This document shows, one piece after another, positions 10,318 to 24,888 of a stretch of 64,000 bases of DNA (within the stretch, counting starts at the first letter, position 1; every line of letters starts with the position of its first letter). The notes beneath the pieces are model-generated. The model saw only the letters and a program-made list of their open reading frames with translations. It made no database searches and was not told the origin of the DNA. The translations under genes were made by a program, and so were the position numbers. Origin of the DNA: Saccostrea cucullata (Eukaryota); assembly GCF_032062105.1 (NCBI RefSeq), contig NW_026937626.1, positions 1 through 64,000 of the forward strand, written 5' to 3'.

Positions 10318-13300
10318 ACATTGTAAACAATTGTAATTCTTAAATTTGTAACGAAAACATTGGAGAAGATTTACATACAAGACAATGCCTGATGTTTAAT
10401 AATTTATGTTATTTGACTTTACATAATAACACATTGATGAAATAAAAATAAAACTAACTGAATTCAACTTTGCTTATCAACTGGATCAGTCCCTTCTTGT
10501 TTGGCTCTTATAAACTGTTTTCTAAACTTGATGGAATAAGTGGACATATATAATGGTTAGAAGTAAGTCCATGTGTAAATGTTTACTTCTTAAAGTGATT
10601 AAAAACATTTTCTTACGATAAAAATTCTGATCCAGAGTTTATTCAATATGAACACCTTATTTAAAACACGTCTCAAACTCTTTGTTTCGTTTTTCAGGAT
10701 AAATTATTTTCCACTTTGTAACAATAAAATCAACAATAAAATTTTAGATCTTTAAAATCAGGCCTGTTCATTTAAGGAGAATTACACAGTGGAATGTTTG
10801 TGACCAATAGATGACAAGTGCATAATTGAAAAGTATCAAGATAGAGTTGTGAAGGAAGGAAGGACGATTTTTAACTGATTTGTACTCAAGTAATGTGTAT
10901 TAATGTAGTACAGACAAGTATAATTTATATATGTTATAATGAGCATGTTATTTATGAAATTTGTTTTTAAAGAAGATTACTTTTCAATTATATTGTAAAA
11001 CGGTACAACTGTAAAATGTATAAAAACCAAATATATGCTTAAATAAAATTTAAAGAAAATCAAAGTTCTACTAAAAAGACTTCCTATATGATTGAATATC
11101 CTTAAAACTTGTAAGATTTTTCATATATTGCAAATGCTATTTTGAATGAACTACGATTTTTTATTTAAATTCAATTTAAATGCCATAAATCAGACTTCCC
11201 TTTGATAAACTAAAATTGCAAGGACAACTTGCAATAAGTGTAACATTACGATGTACAATTTACAGTCATGAAACGCATATGTATAAAAGAAAAATCTATT
11301 GTGTTTATCGCCCATTTCAGCTTTTGTAGTATTTTTTGCACAATTCAACAGCCTCAAGAAGGCTTTGTTCAAAACCCAAGTTAGACTTATTAGACATTTA
11401 GGAGAGTTAAATAACAATATCTTATCTCAAACAAACAATAATGCATTCAAGATTTAATGGAGTCTGTGCAGTTCTGAGCTATCTTTGATAGTCAATTGTA
11501 CATATGCATGTATGATTCCTGTTTGCCCCTTGGCTGATTTACTTATTACGTTTAAAAACTCATATTTGACGTTTAAGTATATCTAATCAATTTAAGTCAA
11601 ACAAATTAAAGACGAAGAAATTAAAAAATTTTAACAACTTTTCTTTCAGATCTTTTGGGTTTGGTTTAAATTTTTAGTTTGAGCAAAATCAAAATAATTC
11701 CGTATTTTTTTCAGGACCGGTTTTGACTTCTATCGGAAGAAAGTGTACGTCATGTTTGACGTCACTGCTGTAGCAGAAGTACTGGATGTTGGAAAAAGCT
11801 ATGGAAAAAGTAAGTAATCTCCTAACGATTTTTTTAAAGACCTTTAATTCATATTGTTTAAATATCCTTTCATTACGGTTACAGGTTCGTATGAACTTAT
11901 TTCTATAATATTCTCATCACTTGTAATTGTTAAATTAAAGCATTTAGTTAGTGATCTGTAAGTAATTTTGGATTTATTCCTGAATGGAGATAAACATTAT
12001 AATTTACATGTGAGGCTAAAGGCATTACTTTGTTTTTCTTTTTGACTTTTGTTACGTACTCAGTTGGTACTGATTTGAAAATGAAAGTAGAAACCCTGTA
12101 TAGCAGCTTTTGCGTTTTTGTATGTTGAGATCGTTATCGAGGCGATTCTTTCATCAACTTAATGACAAATGTTTGTTTTTATGGCCTATAGATGCATTCA
12201 ACAACTTGAGTTCAGTGTCACCGTGCTGTTTTTTATTAAGTCAAAGAAGCCCAAAGCTGATACAACAGGCGATTGATCCTAAAGCTGATTTTTACAGACG
12301 ATTGCATCATCACGATATTAGAGGTATGTATTGTATGCTTGTTTTTGTGTGGGTGCTAATTTATCTTTTAAAATTTAAAGGAACACACATTACTAGCTTT
12401 TAAATCTTCATGTTGCGTTTTAAGAAAGAAGTTATCAATTGCCAGAGTATCCTGCAGTACTGAAAGCAAAACACTCCTACTCTCTAATAAATAATAGACA
12501 GTAAGGAAATCTCTGTTATCTCACTTTTATTTGTTCTATTCTAATTTCTATAAATAAATTCTAAATAATTTTAATGCAATATGGAAGTAGTATTTACGAA
12601 ATTACGTTTTTGTTTCATAAATTGATATGATTTTGAAGCATTAAAAAAATAAAAAATAAATAATTTTAAGAAGTTTTATTTGTATTCATTGTCTTTAATA
12701 ATTATATCAAAGACGAGATGTGTGATAATTTTGCGGATAAATGCTGATATGTTATCTTTAAAAAGGGGGTTATTATGCTCTAAAATATTGACATGTACAT
12801 ACTTTGTTGGAATTCAAATGATTGTTTTTTTGTTAATTTCAGTAATGGTCTCATGTTTCCATACTTTGCTTTGTTCACAGGACGTTTTAGTTATAAATTG
12901 TGTGTGCACGTAAACATTTTTTTTTTCATTTTTTTCTTTTCCTCTTGTCTTAATATCATTTAGAGAGGGAGAATAAAGAAAACAAAACAAAAAAAAAAAA
13001 CAATTGAGAAAAAAGAATGCTAGAGAAATAGAGAGATAAGGGCGAAAAGATAAAGGCATGGAGACTGACGGAGAGAGAAAAATAGAGAGAAAGTCAAAAA
13101 AGGAAAGAGAGAAAGAGAAAGGCACGAAGAGGGAAAAATACAGAGAACGAATAAAATCAGAGAAATGCGAGAGAACGCTCACTGATACATAAACGCCTAC
13201 TTTTTAATATGAACTAAGTTTCAAGATGGTGATTATATGCAAGTCTAAAATATTAAATACATGGGAAGTTAATTACATCATATCATATTTTCATATTAAG

Positions 13301-15589
13301 AGCATACATGTAACTTAAATACTTAATTAATTAACATAACCTTGTATTAGCCACTCTGTAGTGAATTAAGTTTAGTCCCAGCAATGGAAAATCACGTGAT
13401 AATACTTTGTTTGTGTAATGAATGGATGTGTAATGAAAATTTCACTATCGCAAGGGCAAATCCTAGTTGAAGCGCAGGGGGAATAAGGAAGCATACAAAA
13501 TATTCTACCTTGGCTAAATCAGTGCTGCATTATGACGTCATAGTAGGCAAGATGACGTCAATTTTAGAAATCAGGTTTTCGTAAAATTGGTATTTAGCGA
13601 TGTAATTTAACTCTAGAAAATGATTAGAAACGTGTAAACATTAACAAAAATAAAATGTTTTTATTTTGTTATGCTGTAACAGTCATTAAGATTGAAATCT
13701 TCCACCGATGACGTTATATGTGTACATCGAGTAACTTGGAAATTGATCATGTCGTGTAAAGAGAATTTGGCTAAGACGGCATGTTCAAAAATACGTAAAA
13801 TGGAGTTTAAAAGGAAATATCGGAAATATTGTGTTAAATTCAAATGGAGTTCAATTAATTAAATAGGTATGCTAATTTATTTTCATCGATTATATTCTCT
13901 TTCGAAGACAGTCAGCTATATTACGTATCCCGGTCGGCCTATCGTCCGTCATTCTTGACCAAAAAATGCAACAGAACAACATTAAGCTGGGTATTTCAAA
14001 ACATAGATTTGTACAGAATGAAAGTTTGCGTTTTTACAAACTTGGAAAGTGCTGCTAGAATCCCGAGTTAAGCATGTTTGTACGAAAAATCTCGATTCAT
14101 ATGTATAAAATTCAAAACAAAGGGTAAGGTTTCGTGCGAATGTGTGGAATTAATATTTTACGGACAAAGTAGTTGGATTCTAGCAGCACTTTTTAGACAA
14201 AATAGATGTTTTTCAGCTATATTACATACTCAAAGAAATTATCAAACTCCGGGGTATTGTTGTTCTGTAAGCCTTTTTATTAAGGAAAATTTTGCTATTA
14301 ATAGAAGTCACGTGATGCCGTGGCGGTGATGCACGTCTTTGCGTTAGACACGCTTTTATCTGTATGCAATAGTAAATAACAGTTTACGTTTATCAGTGGT
14401 TTTGGTAATTTATTAAACTAAATTTTTTTCAAAAAGTCTAAATTTCCCGAGAAATTATTTATATGCTTCCTTAACATACCTGCGAGTTTAATTTAAGTTA
14501 CTACTTTCTCCGCATGCTTTGTACTTTCTAGAAAGTGTTGGTGCTTTAAAAAGGAGTTTAAATATTGTTGTTTAGAAACATACTGATTTTCGAAATGCAT
14601 TAGAATAAAGAGAATGAAATTTAATTTCTTAAACAAAGTTATGATATATCTAAGACCTTGCATCAAACCGGGTTCCACATATGAGGCCTTAAGTTTATAG
14701 ATACTGCTGTTTGTTTTTCCTTACGATATGAATTAGGCTACACAAGACGCAAAAAGAAAAATTGCTGTACTGCATAACTGTCAAAGCAAAGCCTTATGAA
14801 AATATATATACGCGATAAAATATCAAAAGTATCAAAGGTTAAGTCTCCTAGCCACAGTGTTCTATCATTTGGTAAGGTTTTATGTTTAAATTTGAAAAAA
14901 AAAAAAACTAACAATGCCTCAAACCACACCTGTATCAACTGAAATAGATTGGGGATGTAATTACACAATACCTGCAAGCTGTTTTCATCAGAATGCTGCA
15001 AATAGAATGTTTGAAGTAAAATATCTTTTTAAAAAGATATTTTAATAGGAAGCTTATTTTTACTTCTGTGGGAAATTTGATAGCTATTTATTGCTCAAAA
15101 TATAAATCAAATTTATGTCAAAATTGTCCTTGGGATGGACAATGTGTCCAAATTTGAATTAGACAGGAATAGGAAAGTGTAAAAATGTTGTTAAGAAAAT
15201 ATTTAACAACTTTTGTTACAGTCTAATTTTCCCGATAAAAAGATCTAGTAGGTAAACGATTCTATCTATAAGAAAATACAGAAAATATTTTTTTTTTAAC
15301 TATTGAATTTTCTCTAACAATTAAAATTGAAAAGTTGTCATATGTGTGTTTGTAAAGTACTAAGCGTGTGCTTATACATTGTAGATAGAATTCTGATATA
15401 AAACCAAAAACACTGCGATATATTCATATATGAAAGAAGTTGACAGATACATATCAACGATGATTCGCTTATTAAAAACTAAAAAAAAATGAAGGAAACA
15501 ATACTTTTTCATCGTTTGAGTGGAAAAAATATGCATTTATGAATATGCATGTAATTATTAGACTGTTTCTCTCTCAGAATTGACTGCAA

Positions 15590-15910
15590 AGTGGCTCAAG
15601 TTATAGAGCGTTCTTCCCGTGTTTGGTAGTTCGTGAGTTTGAATCTCAATTGCGACTGACCTAAATTTGACCTAAAAAAAATTAGTGCATGTAGCAAATT
15701 TTCCTTCGCCATGCGTTCTGTATTTTGAGGTTAAAGTTGTATGTCCCCCGGAGATGATTTTAAAGATCGTGGCGCCGTTTCACTGAAGGCGGTGGCACGA
15801 TAAAGATCATTTACTTTTCAATGCCGTGTAAAGCCAAAAAATTAAAGCCCTTTACCGATGAAGTCTCCATATTAGTGAAACATTTTCTAATGGGACGTAA
15901 AACAACATAC
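15590..15910 (+). mobile_element. Diverged copy of the same SINE family
   Basis: Degenerate A and B boxes (gtggctcaag...gagtttgaatc), ggcacgataaagatc, and tail gtctccatattagtgaaa...gggacgtaaaacaac. Confidence 0.75.
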
Positions 15911-15959
15911 AGTTTTTAGTCACTGAATTCTCCGCGGAGCTTTTGTGATTGTTCGACAT

Positions 15960-16040
15960 GACCTAGGGATGCTCTCTTCTCCACGGCATCTGATCCAATC
16001 TCTGATATTTTATGAAGTCTGTGTTTCCTTTGCTCTAAAG
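15960..16040 (+). repeat. Short interspersed repeat fragment, possibly Penelope-derived
   Basis: ctccacggcatctgatccaatctctg...gtctgtgttt matches an inverted copy at about 31860-31905. The family assignment is from memory only. Confidence 0.4.
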
Positions 16041-16682
16041 ATCTTTGCATTTTTTTTTTTTTTGCTTTGATTGACTTTTGATTTTGATTACCGTTTGTTT
16101 TCTTCATATTTTTAAAATAAAATTAGACAAAATGACGATACGTCGCTATGTTTCTTGGACTATTTTTTCATGAAATGCTTTCTTTGAAATTGGTTGAGCA
16201 ACACACAAGGAACAGATGTTTCCCATTTGGAAACATCAATTTGAAACTACTTATTAACTACGGCAAAACTCGGTAATAGCGAAGTCATTCAGACTTATGA
16301 AACTACCTCGCTATAACCGTAATTCGCCATATCTGTATAAGAAATTCATTAAGGACAGATCTAGATGATACAAACATTTTTGCGTGGACCCTGAGGTCCA
16401 CGCAGTAAATATAAAAGCGAGGCTAAACAGGATGCCCTGGGCATACGCCAGCCTACGCATACGCGAGAATTCTAGAGAGTTCCTATCGGCAATCTTCGGC
16501 TGACTCCGCTTCACCAATCCCAACTTCTCAGGCCTTTTCGACTAGCTTTCCGACATTTGACAGAAAGACCCGAGATGATGCGATTGAGAGTTCATTGGCG
16601 GATCCAAATTTCAATCTTGTACACATACTTGTAAACACCAACTAAAAATTGAATCTATGACACAAGCATTTTAAAAAGTATG

Positions 16683-16945
16683 AAGAACTTACATTTAGCT
16701 AGTCGTTGAATCTTTTAAAAACATAGAACTAGTCGTTGAATGAAGTTTTTAATTCAAGTTGTAAAGTTGTTTTAATAAAGAACTTACATTTAGCTAGTCG
16801 TTGAATCTTTTAAAAACATAGAACTAGTCGTTGAATGAAGTTTTTAATTCAAGTTGTTAAGTTATTTTTAGTGGTTGAATTAAGTTTTTAATTCAAGTTG
16901 TTTAGTTATCGATAGATTACTTTACAACTTGAATTTAAAACTTCA
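16683..16945. repeat. About 95-bp tandem duplication with an inverted sub-repeat
   Basis: aagaacttacatttagctagtcgttgaatc...aattcaagttgt occurs twice. ttacaacttgaatttaaaacttcat at about 16920 is its reverse complement. Confidence 0.8.
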
Positions 16946-19422
16946 TACATACTAGTTGAAGGTTTTTAAAAGATAAAACGAGTCCTCACTGGCATTAATT
17001 TTGTGCATCACGGCTCGCAAAAAAATTTGATATATATGGATTCAAATACAGCTTGATACAAACCTTAAGCAACGGTATTCCATGTGGGGAAGAGGGGGGG
17101 GGGGGGGGGGGGGCTCCAGAAAACAAATCGGCGTACTACAGACCTGAACTGAATTTTGAAACTGAAAGAAAAATTCAGTTCAGATCAATTCAGTTCAGGT
17201 ACGTTAATTCCTGCCATTATGGTCTATATATGTATCAAAATAGCCTGGATTTGAAAATAACAAAACTATATGCCAATCGGAGGTTAAATTTAACAATTTT
17301 GCTATGAAAGTTCTATCGGTTAGAAAATGCGAACGAACCTACATTAATATCCAATAAACTTAACAAATTTTCTTGGATTGAATTTCGGTAAAAAGAAAAC
17401 ATGCATATGGTCCACGTATTGTAGTCCTCTTTTAAAAGGACAGCAACTTGTTTTTTCTTTGGAGGAGACTTAAAATCATGTCGCAACTTTTAAAAAGAAT
17501 ATCTTACCTTGGTGCTAAAAGTGTAATATAAACTTTATAAAAGTATAACAAGCCAGGTGAATTTTATCAGGAAAAACAATGACAAGAATTCAGTAGTATC
17601 ACATAGGCTAATTCTTGTTTACCATTTTGCTCTGTCTGATAAATTTTACATCGCTTAATATACTTTTCTTAAGTAAATATTACAGTTTTAGCACCACGAT
17701 AACATATTCTGGAATTTGTTTTTACCTTTAAACCTTTACTAAGTGTGATTTGTCTATATTTGTTTTTTATTGAAATATTATTAATATTTCCCAAGTCTAT
17801 ATCGTTTTCCACTTTTCTAAACTTGTGACATGAAACTAAGTCTTTTCCAAAGGCAGATTTTTTGTATCATCTGTCCTTAAATTAACATACCAGTAGCTTG
17901 GGATCCAAGATAACTTCGCTATATCCGTGAATTCGCAATATCCGTGTTCATATTTAAAGAATTTTACTGTATATGCACTTAAAAGAAACAGTGTATATTT
18001 TTCATTCTATTAACAACTTTTCTTTTTCTTTGCATATGCTATTCGGATTTATAGCTTATAACAGCAATATTATATTGAATATAAAATTTTACATTGCCCA
18101 TGATTTCATTCCAAGTACAAGGTCAAGTACAAGGTCAAAAGACGTAATGCAATTGACTTATTGATTGATTAAATTTGATTGATTATTGCATTGGTGACGT
18201 TCATGCACTTGTGTCCTAAACAGTGCATGATCCGCCCGATTTGGGTAGTTAAATTTATTGTATTGATTGTTGATTGTGGGGCAGCCCTGTGGTAACCCCA
18301 GCAAATTGATCTACGCGGCTAGAAGCGCCATATTAAAACAAGCAAAATAGCATTCATATTGTTTGTTTGATTTATAGGGAATCTGAAATACCCCGTTTTA
18401 TGTTAGTAAGTTGAATTTCTCGTAAAAGATTTTCTAAAAATCACACTTGCCCCAGCACTTAAAATGCACCAGTGAATACTATGAATTGATGTTTATAAAA
18501 ATCTTTTTACAATCATTTAAGAGTATCATAGATATCCCTCCATGATCAACAATCATGTGACAAAAATACTTCATCATAATAGCTGATTAATCTCTTAACA
18601 CAATTTGAGTTAAAACAAGGATTACATATTAAAGTTTGAATTTAGCTAAAAATATTTTTTTTTATTTTCAATTCAGTTTAAACCTTTGTACAGCCTTATC
18701 ATAACTGCGTTCTTCTTTTATTTCTTTTTCCATTTCTAGTTAACAAGAGAAATTAAAGTAACTTATTAGAAGTTTTGTCAACATTGCAAACCACTGTAAT
18801 TCTTAACATTTGTAACCAAGACATTGGAGAGGTTCGTATACTAGGCCATGCCTAATGTCTTATTCAATTATGTAATTTGCATAATAACATATTGATGAAA
18901 TAAAAAGTAAAACCAACTGAATTCAATTGTTCGTATCAACTGGATATTGTTTAAAACCAGTCCTTTTTTGTTTGGCGCTTATAAACTGTTCTTTAAACTT
19001 GATGGAATGAGTGGACATATATAATGTTTACAGATAAGTCAATGTGTAAATGTTTACTTCTTTAAGTGTTAAAAAACAATTTTTTACAATAAAGATTCTC
19101 ATCAAGAGTCTATTCAATGCGAATGCCTTATCTAAACACGTCACAAACTCTTTGTTTTTATTTTTACAGATAAATTATTTTCAAATTTGTTAAAGCATTC
19201 AACAAAACAATTTGAGAAGTTTAAATCGGGCCTGTTCATTTAAGGAGAATTATAGCCCACAAAGAGGAAATGTTTGTGACCAATATACGACAAGTACATA
19301 ATTGAAAAGTTGTGAAAAATGTCAAGAGAGAGTTGTCAAGGAAGGATGATATTTCACTGATTTGTACTCAAGTAATATAAAGTAATAGAGTACAGACAAG
19401 TATAACTCATGTATGTTATAAT

Positions 19423-19681
19423 CAGTGGCGCCCCCCCCCCCCCCCTAGAATTGTTAAAGTTAACGTAAATCACAGTTTCGTCTAGAAAATGTAAATATGT
19501 CTAGTTGGAAGACCTCAATTTTACCCTACAAAATCCGTAGAACCCAGGAGCTTCCTGGAACTTCGCCCGCTGGGCCACCACCAAGGCTCTGCCTCGGACC
19601 CACTGGGGACCGCAAGGCCGCCCCCAGACCCTTGCCTACTTTTGGCGCCCCCTCTAACTTCAATTCCTGGATCTGCGCCTG
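19423..19681. mobile_element. GC-rich MITE with CAG...CTG ends and a 5-bp TSD
   Basis: ataat flanks both ends (19418-19422 and 19682-19686). Unit A has the empty site atgttataatgagcatg at about 10931. Related ends occur at about 22150-22280 and 50030-50198. Confidence 0.8.
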
Positions 19682-21277
19682 ATAATGAGCATGTAATTTA
19701 TGAAATTTGTGTTTCAAGAGGTTTTTTTTAGTTATATTTTAAAAGGGTACATGCACAAGGAAAATGTATAAATGAAGTATATATTCAAATAATATTAAAA
19801 ATATTAAAGGTCTACTAAAGAAGATTCCCTATATGATTCATTATCCTTAAAAATGATCAGAATTTTCATATGTTGCAAATGTTTACAACGCTATTTCGAC
19901 ATAAACTTCTATTTCAGAACGGTATCTAAAAAGATCGTATAGACGATTTGCATTGATTTTTGTGAACATTTCAATTTGTCCATTCTATTTAGAACATTTA
20001 TTTTTTTTTTTGTTAAATACTGCAGACACTGTGCAATTCAATCCTGTTTCGTTTTAGAACCACATGATATATACGGAGGCATCGTGTCCTAAGCTTTCAT
20101 CAACTGATTTTAAACAACCACAACCGGAACATGATGCAATGCCTCAAAGTATTCTTAATGGTAAGTAATCTATTTCTTTCTTTGATATGGATATTTATTA
20201 TTCTTATGTAAATAAATATATGCACGTTGTGAATGTATCCATCTAAAATTTGGTTGACAACCCTTGATGTTTTCCAATATGCAGGCAAAATGCAAATGCA
20301 ATTCCCTTTTAAGGTTAAATGAGTCTGAAGCGGGGATTAAAGCCTTTCTCTCTAACATTTTTTTTTAATTATGGCTTTAGTGGTTTTAAACGTGTATATG
20401 AATATAATAGAAAATTTATGTTATTAAAAATCTTCCCTTTAAGAAACAAAAATTTCAAAGACAACTTGTAATATGTAAATTATTAAGATGTAAAATTAAT
20501 TGCCATGAAACCCTTATGTATAAAAGAAAAATACTGTTGTGTTTATCGCCCTTTTTATGCTTTTGTCGAAAGTTTTGCACAATTGAACAGCCGCAAAAAT
20601 GCTTTGTTTAAAAGCCACGTTACATTGTAAACTTATCAGACAATTAGGAGAGTTAAAGAAGAATATTTTATCCTCTAACAAACAACAATGCATTCTAGAT
20701 TTAATGAAGTCGGTGCAGTTTTCGGCTATCTTTGATAGCCAGGTGCACATACATGTATATGATTCCTGTTTCCGTCTTAGTTCATTTACTTAATTTTAAA
20801 ACCTCATAGTTGACGTTTAAGTATTTCTAATCAAATTGCGTCACACAAATTAAAGATGAAGAAATTTTACAATTTAAAGATTCATAAGTCCAGAGCGTAA
20901 TTACGAAAATAAGGGGAAGTTCAGGATGTCAAAATCGACAATCCAGAAATAGGATTTTTCAGATACTTTGCTTTATATCTTTTTGCATGGACTTTATCTT
21001 TTTATAAACAATGGCTCTAGTTAAAATTAGTTTCTCCATCAAATTGTAAATTTAAAAAATACAGCACCAGATTCCTTTTAAAATCTTCTTGATCACAACA
21101 ATTCTTTGTATACATTTCATAATGTAAATTAAAAAAAGCCTCCAATCATCTGCTCATATCAGCTGAACTTTTTCCTAATTTAATCATTATAACTATAAGG
21201 TTTTTATGCTGCTTCAACTGACACAGGAAGGAAAAACAGCCGTGGGGAATGACAATCCTTTGAGTAATTATGAAAAC

Positions 21278-21282
<5 letters not shown>

Positions 21283-21335
<53 letters not shown>
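21283..21335. repeat. (CT)n microsatellite
   Basis: Pure dinucleotide run. Confidence 0.97.
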
Positions 21336-21339
<4 letters not shown>

Positions 21340-24300
21340 ATTGTTGTATGCTTGTTTGTTTGTGGATGCTAATTAATCTTTTAAAATTTGATTAAACACC
21401 CATTTTTAGCTTTGAAATCTTCAATTATTTTTTTGTGTTTTAGGAAGAAGTTATCAATTACCAGGGTTTCCTGCAGTACTGAACACAAAACGCTCCTCAT
21501 CTCGTATAAATAATAAATAGTTAGGAAATTCCTGTTATTTCACTTTCCTTTGTTAGAATTAATTCTAAATGCTTTTAATGCAAAACGGAAGTAGTAACTG
21601 ACATTTATTGTTTCATAATATAATTTTAAAGTCTTGATAACAATAACTGAAAATCATATGAAAACAAGGTATGTGAAGATTTTCCGGATAAATCGCTGTT
21701 ACAATATTTACATGTACATGCATTTGAGAAACTTAAATGGTCGTTCTTTTTTTATTTCAGTGAAGGTCTTTCGTTTCCATACCTTGCTGTAATGAGAGGG
21801 GCCCCTTATCTTGTCCGATGATTACGCGAAAGGATGTGTAATTTTATTTCATTTTCACTCTGTCGTATGTAAACTATTTCAAAGAGTAAAGAGAAAATCA
21901 AAAGCTTTAATGTGTTAAATATACAATAAATATCTCAAGAATTCCTCTATGGCTTTGAAAATATGTTGATAAACATGAATAATAACTGGGTATCCTTTCA
22001 TTTCTAATAAGAAAATTTATATGTGTGAGAAAAATTAATTGAATTTTACTAATAATATAGTTTTTCGTAAGTAAAACTTTTATGTCTATTGTCCTTATAT
22101 CAAGGAAAAAACATCTTTTATTTGTAAATGAAAAATTGTCACCTTCCGGGAGTTTCGCCCCAAAACCCCCACACCAAACCCCCATAACGGCATTTCCTTA
22201 GACCAATATGGGGCTTCGGTGCAGCCGCAGACCACCTGCCTTCTGATGCGCCCCCTTTACAAGATTCCTGGATTCGCCACCCTTAATTAATCAAATTTCT
22301 GATTCACTCTAGAAGCAATCCTTCATATATCAATTTAAATCACAAAATTTAAAAAAAATCATACCGATTAGACCATATTAGATAAAATTCCTAGATTCTA
22401 ATCTGAATTTTTGAAAAAAAAAATCGAGGTGAGAGGCAGCTAATACTTTAAATTTTTTATACTTTGCAGATTTTTTTTTTATTGACCTGGTCAATCGGTG
22501 CAGATTTAAGTAGAAAATCCGAATAAAAGTCACAGTAGAGGTCAATTTATTTCTTACTTTACATAATTATCAATTTTTCAATGACCCAGTTGTAAAATGC
22601 ATTAATGCCATGCCGATATTCGCGGGATTTAAAACAAGAGTTGAGTCGGGTAGTTGAATACCGATCCCGATCATTATTAAGAAAAATGGAAGTAAAAAGT
22701 CAAAGCGGGAGTAAAAAAAATCTGGCTGGGAGGAGATGAGAATCTAGATATATTTTAATTTATAATGGCCTTATGAATCTTACTTGTACAATGAACAGCT
22801 ATCGTATATTATAATACATGTATTATCTGTTTTATCGTATTGGATTATTTTTTAAAGAAAATATTCTTATGTAAGTAAAATACGAGCATGTAAAATATGT
22901 ATTGTATGTTAGAAATATTTAACACATAGCTTTTCTTCATTTTTTTAAAAATTTCTTTTTCCCTGTTTAAATATTCATGCCAAACATGACGTCACATTTT
23001 TTAAAGCTTGTAACGTTATAAGGAAAACCCAAAAGCATTTTAACCGCTGCACAATCATTATCTGTGTTTCATCAATGAAAAAATTCTTCATTAGGGTTTT
23101 TTTCTTATTTTTTTTTTCAAATTAATGTTTATTTTCATTTACCAGAGAGACAATATTTCTCTAAGTTGCAAAAATGGTGACACTTCCTAAATGTACTTAC
23201 ACGTCTTGTCTGATATCGAGTCCTGTATGGCTTTATACGAGTATACAATCATCTTTATTTAAATTTTAGCATTTGATCGGTTTTGACAACTAGTGCATGA
23301 TTAAGAATTAATTTTACGAAAACATTTATTTCAAATATTGCATGTTAAACAAAAGCAATATTGTTTTTTGTAACATCTGTGTTCATATTTGCAGGTAACA
23401 GCTTAAGGCCTTTCAATCCGGGAACCGATACCGAAATAAAAAGATTCAATGATTAAGCGTCATTTAGAACGTCATTTTTAGCGTCTTTTCAATATTTTTC
23501 TGAAACTTTGATTGCCTATATCTCAGTCATTAGTTGGAATATATAAATGAAACTTGATACTTGGGTATTTTACACTATGTGCTACCATAATCCATTGAAA
23601 AGTCAATTTTGATAATTTTAATTTTAAGGGCCCTTTTTGCATGGGACGGCTCATATTCAAATGTGCATGTAGCAAAAGCGTTTGTATACCACCAAAAGAT
23701 AATTGTTTGATATAGTAACCGTTGAACGAAATAATTAAGCATGTTAAACTATGAAAGTTTCAGATTGTTAAAAACTAATTTCTGATCAGTGATGAGATTG
23801 ATCTTGTGGTTCAAAATCTTGAACTTTTATTTTAGCAAACTTGATTTCCGTTTAGATAAGTTTGCTGAAATCTAGTATTTCAGAAGGAGAAATTGTTCTC
23901 CATTGAATGCTTTTGATGTACATTAAGACATTACCTTTCATCATACAGGACTAGATTGTCCTTAACTGCTTTTGTTTCTACACAGGACTTTTCGTGAGAA
24001 CTTAGTAATAGGTGTTTTTGGTTCATTTATGTCTGTTTTCCTCTCCCCTTGTTTAATATCACTGTGCGGGGAAGAATAAAGAAAACTAGTGGAAAGTTGA
24101 GAAATAGAAATCTAGAGAGATAACGAGAGGGGGGAAAGAACAGAGAAAGGAGTAGAGACTGAGACAGAAAGAGAACAATGAAGGAGAGAAATTCAGAAGA
24201 AAGTGAAAGAGAGAAAGAGAAAGGCAGATAAAGGGGAAAGACAGAATATAAAAAGAAAGAGATAAAATGAGAGAAATGGGAGAATTAGCTCACAAAGTAA

Positions 24301-24495
24301 TACACACACATATACATGTAGGCCTACTTATCAACATAAATTAAGTTGCAAGATGTTGATTAAAAACAAGTCTTAAATACCTAATACAGGTAAAGTTATT
24401 TACTTGTCAGGTATTCATTAATTTTATATTAGTTAAGGAAATCAAAAAGGGAAAGATAATACATTTAACATGCTTTTATGAGACATAAATACCAT

Positions 24496-24888
24496 ATTGG
24501 TCATAAATTGTTATCATATGATTACATAAGATAATAAAATTTATTACAATAAAAAGGTTCATGGGTCTTATAGATCACCTAAGTATCATCTTACATCTTT
24601 CCAACAATTAAATTTAATTCCATTTTAAACTAATGGCCATGGAATTTCGCAATTATGAGAGAACACCATTGCTCATTCAATCTATAATAATGACAAGCTT
24701 ACTTTAATTACTTAATATCAAAGAGCAGAGAAGAGGAACAAAGAAATAATCCATTTCAACTAGAAAATAAGGACAATCCCACCCCACAGGAACCCATGAA
24801 TGGTGCCACATATTCCACAATTTAAAAAAAAGGTAGCATTGATCCTCATAAATGTAAACTTAATACAAAAAAAGGAAAACATCATTAA
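24496..24888. repeat. 393-bp direct repeat, copy 1
   Basis: Identical by eye to 28297-28689, including homopolymer lengths. Confidence 0.93.

Larger units (their letters stand above)
8672..18160. repeat. Unit A of an old tandem segmental duplication
   Basis: Colinear diverged blocks shared with unit B: 8672-8710/18442-18480, 9636-11620/18481-20870, 12322-12865/21336-21790, 12940-13290/24040-24420 and 18040-18150/28935-29027. Confidence 0.85.

Noticed and set aside
12814-13182. Hydrophobic 122-aa ORF resembling a membrane protein
   Set aside because: It is the antisense of a low-complexity GA-rich tract.
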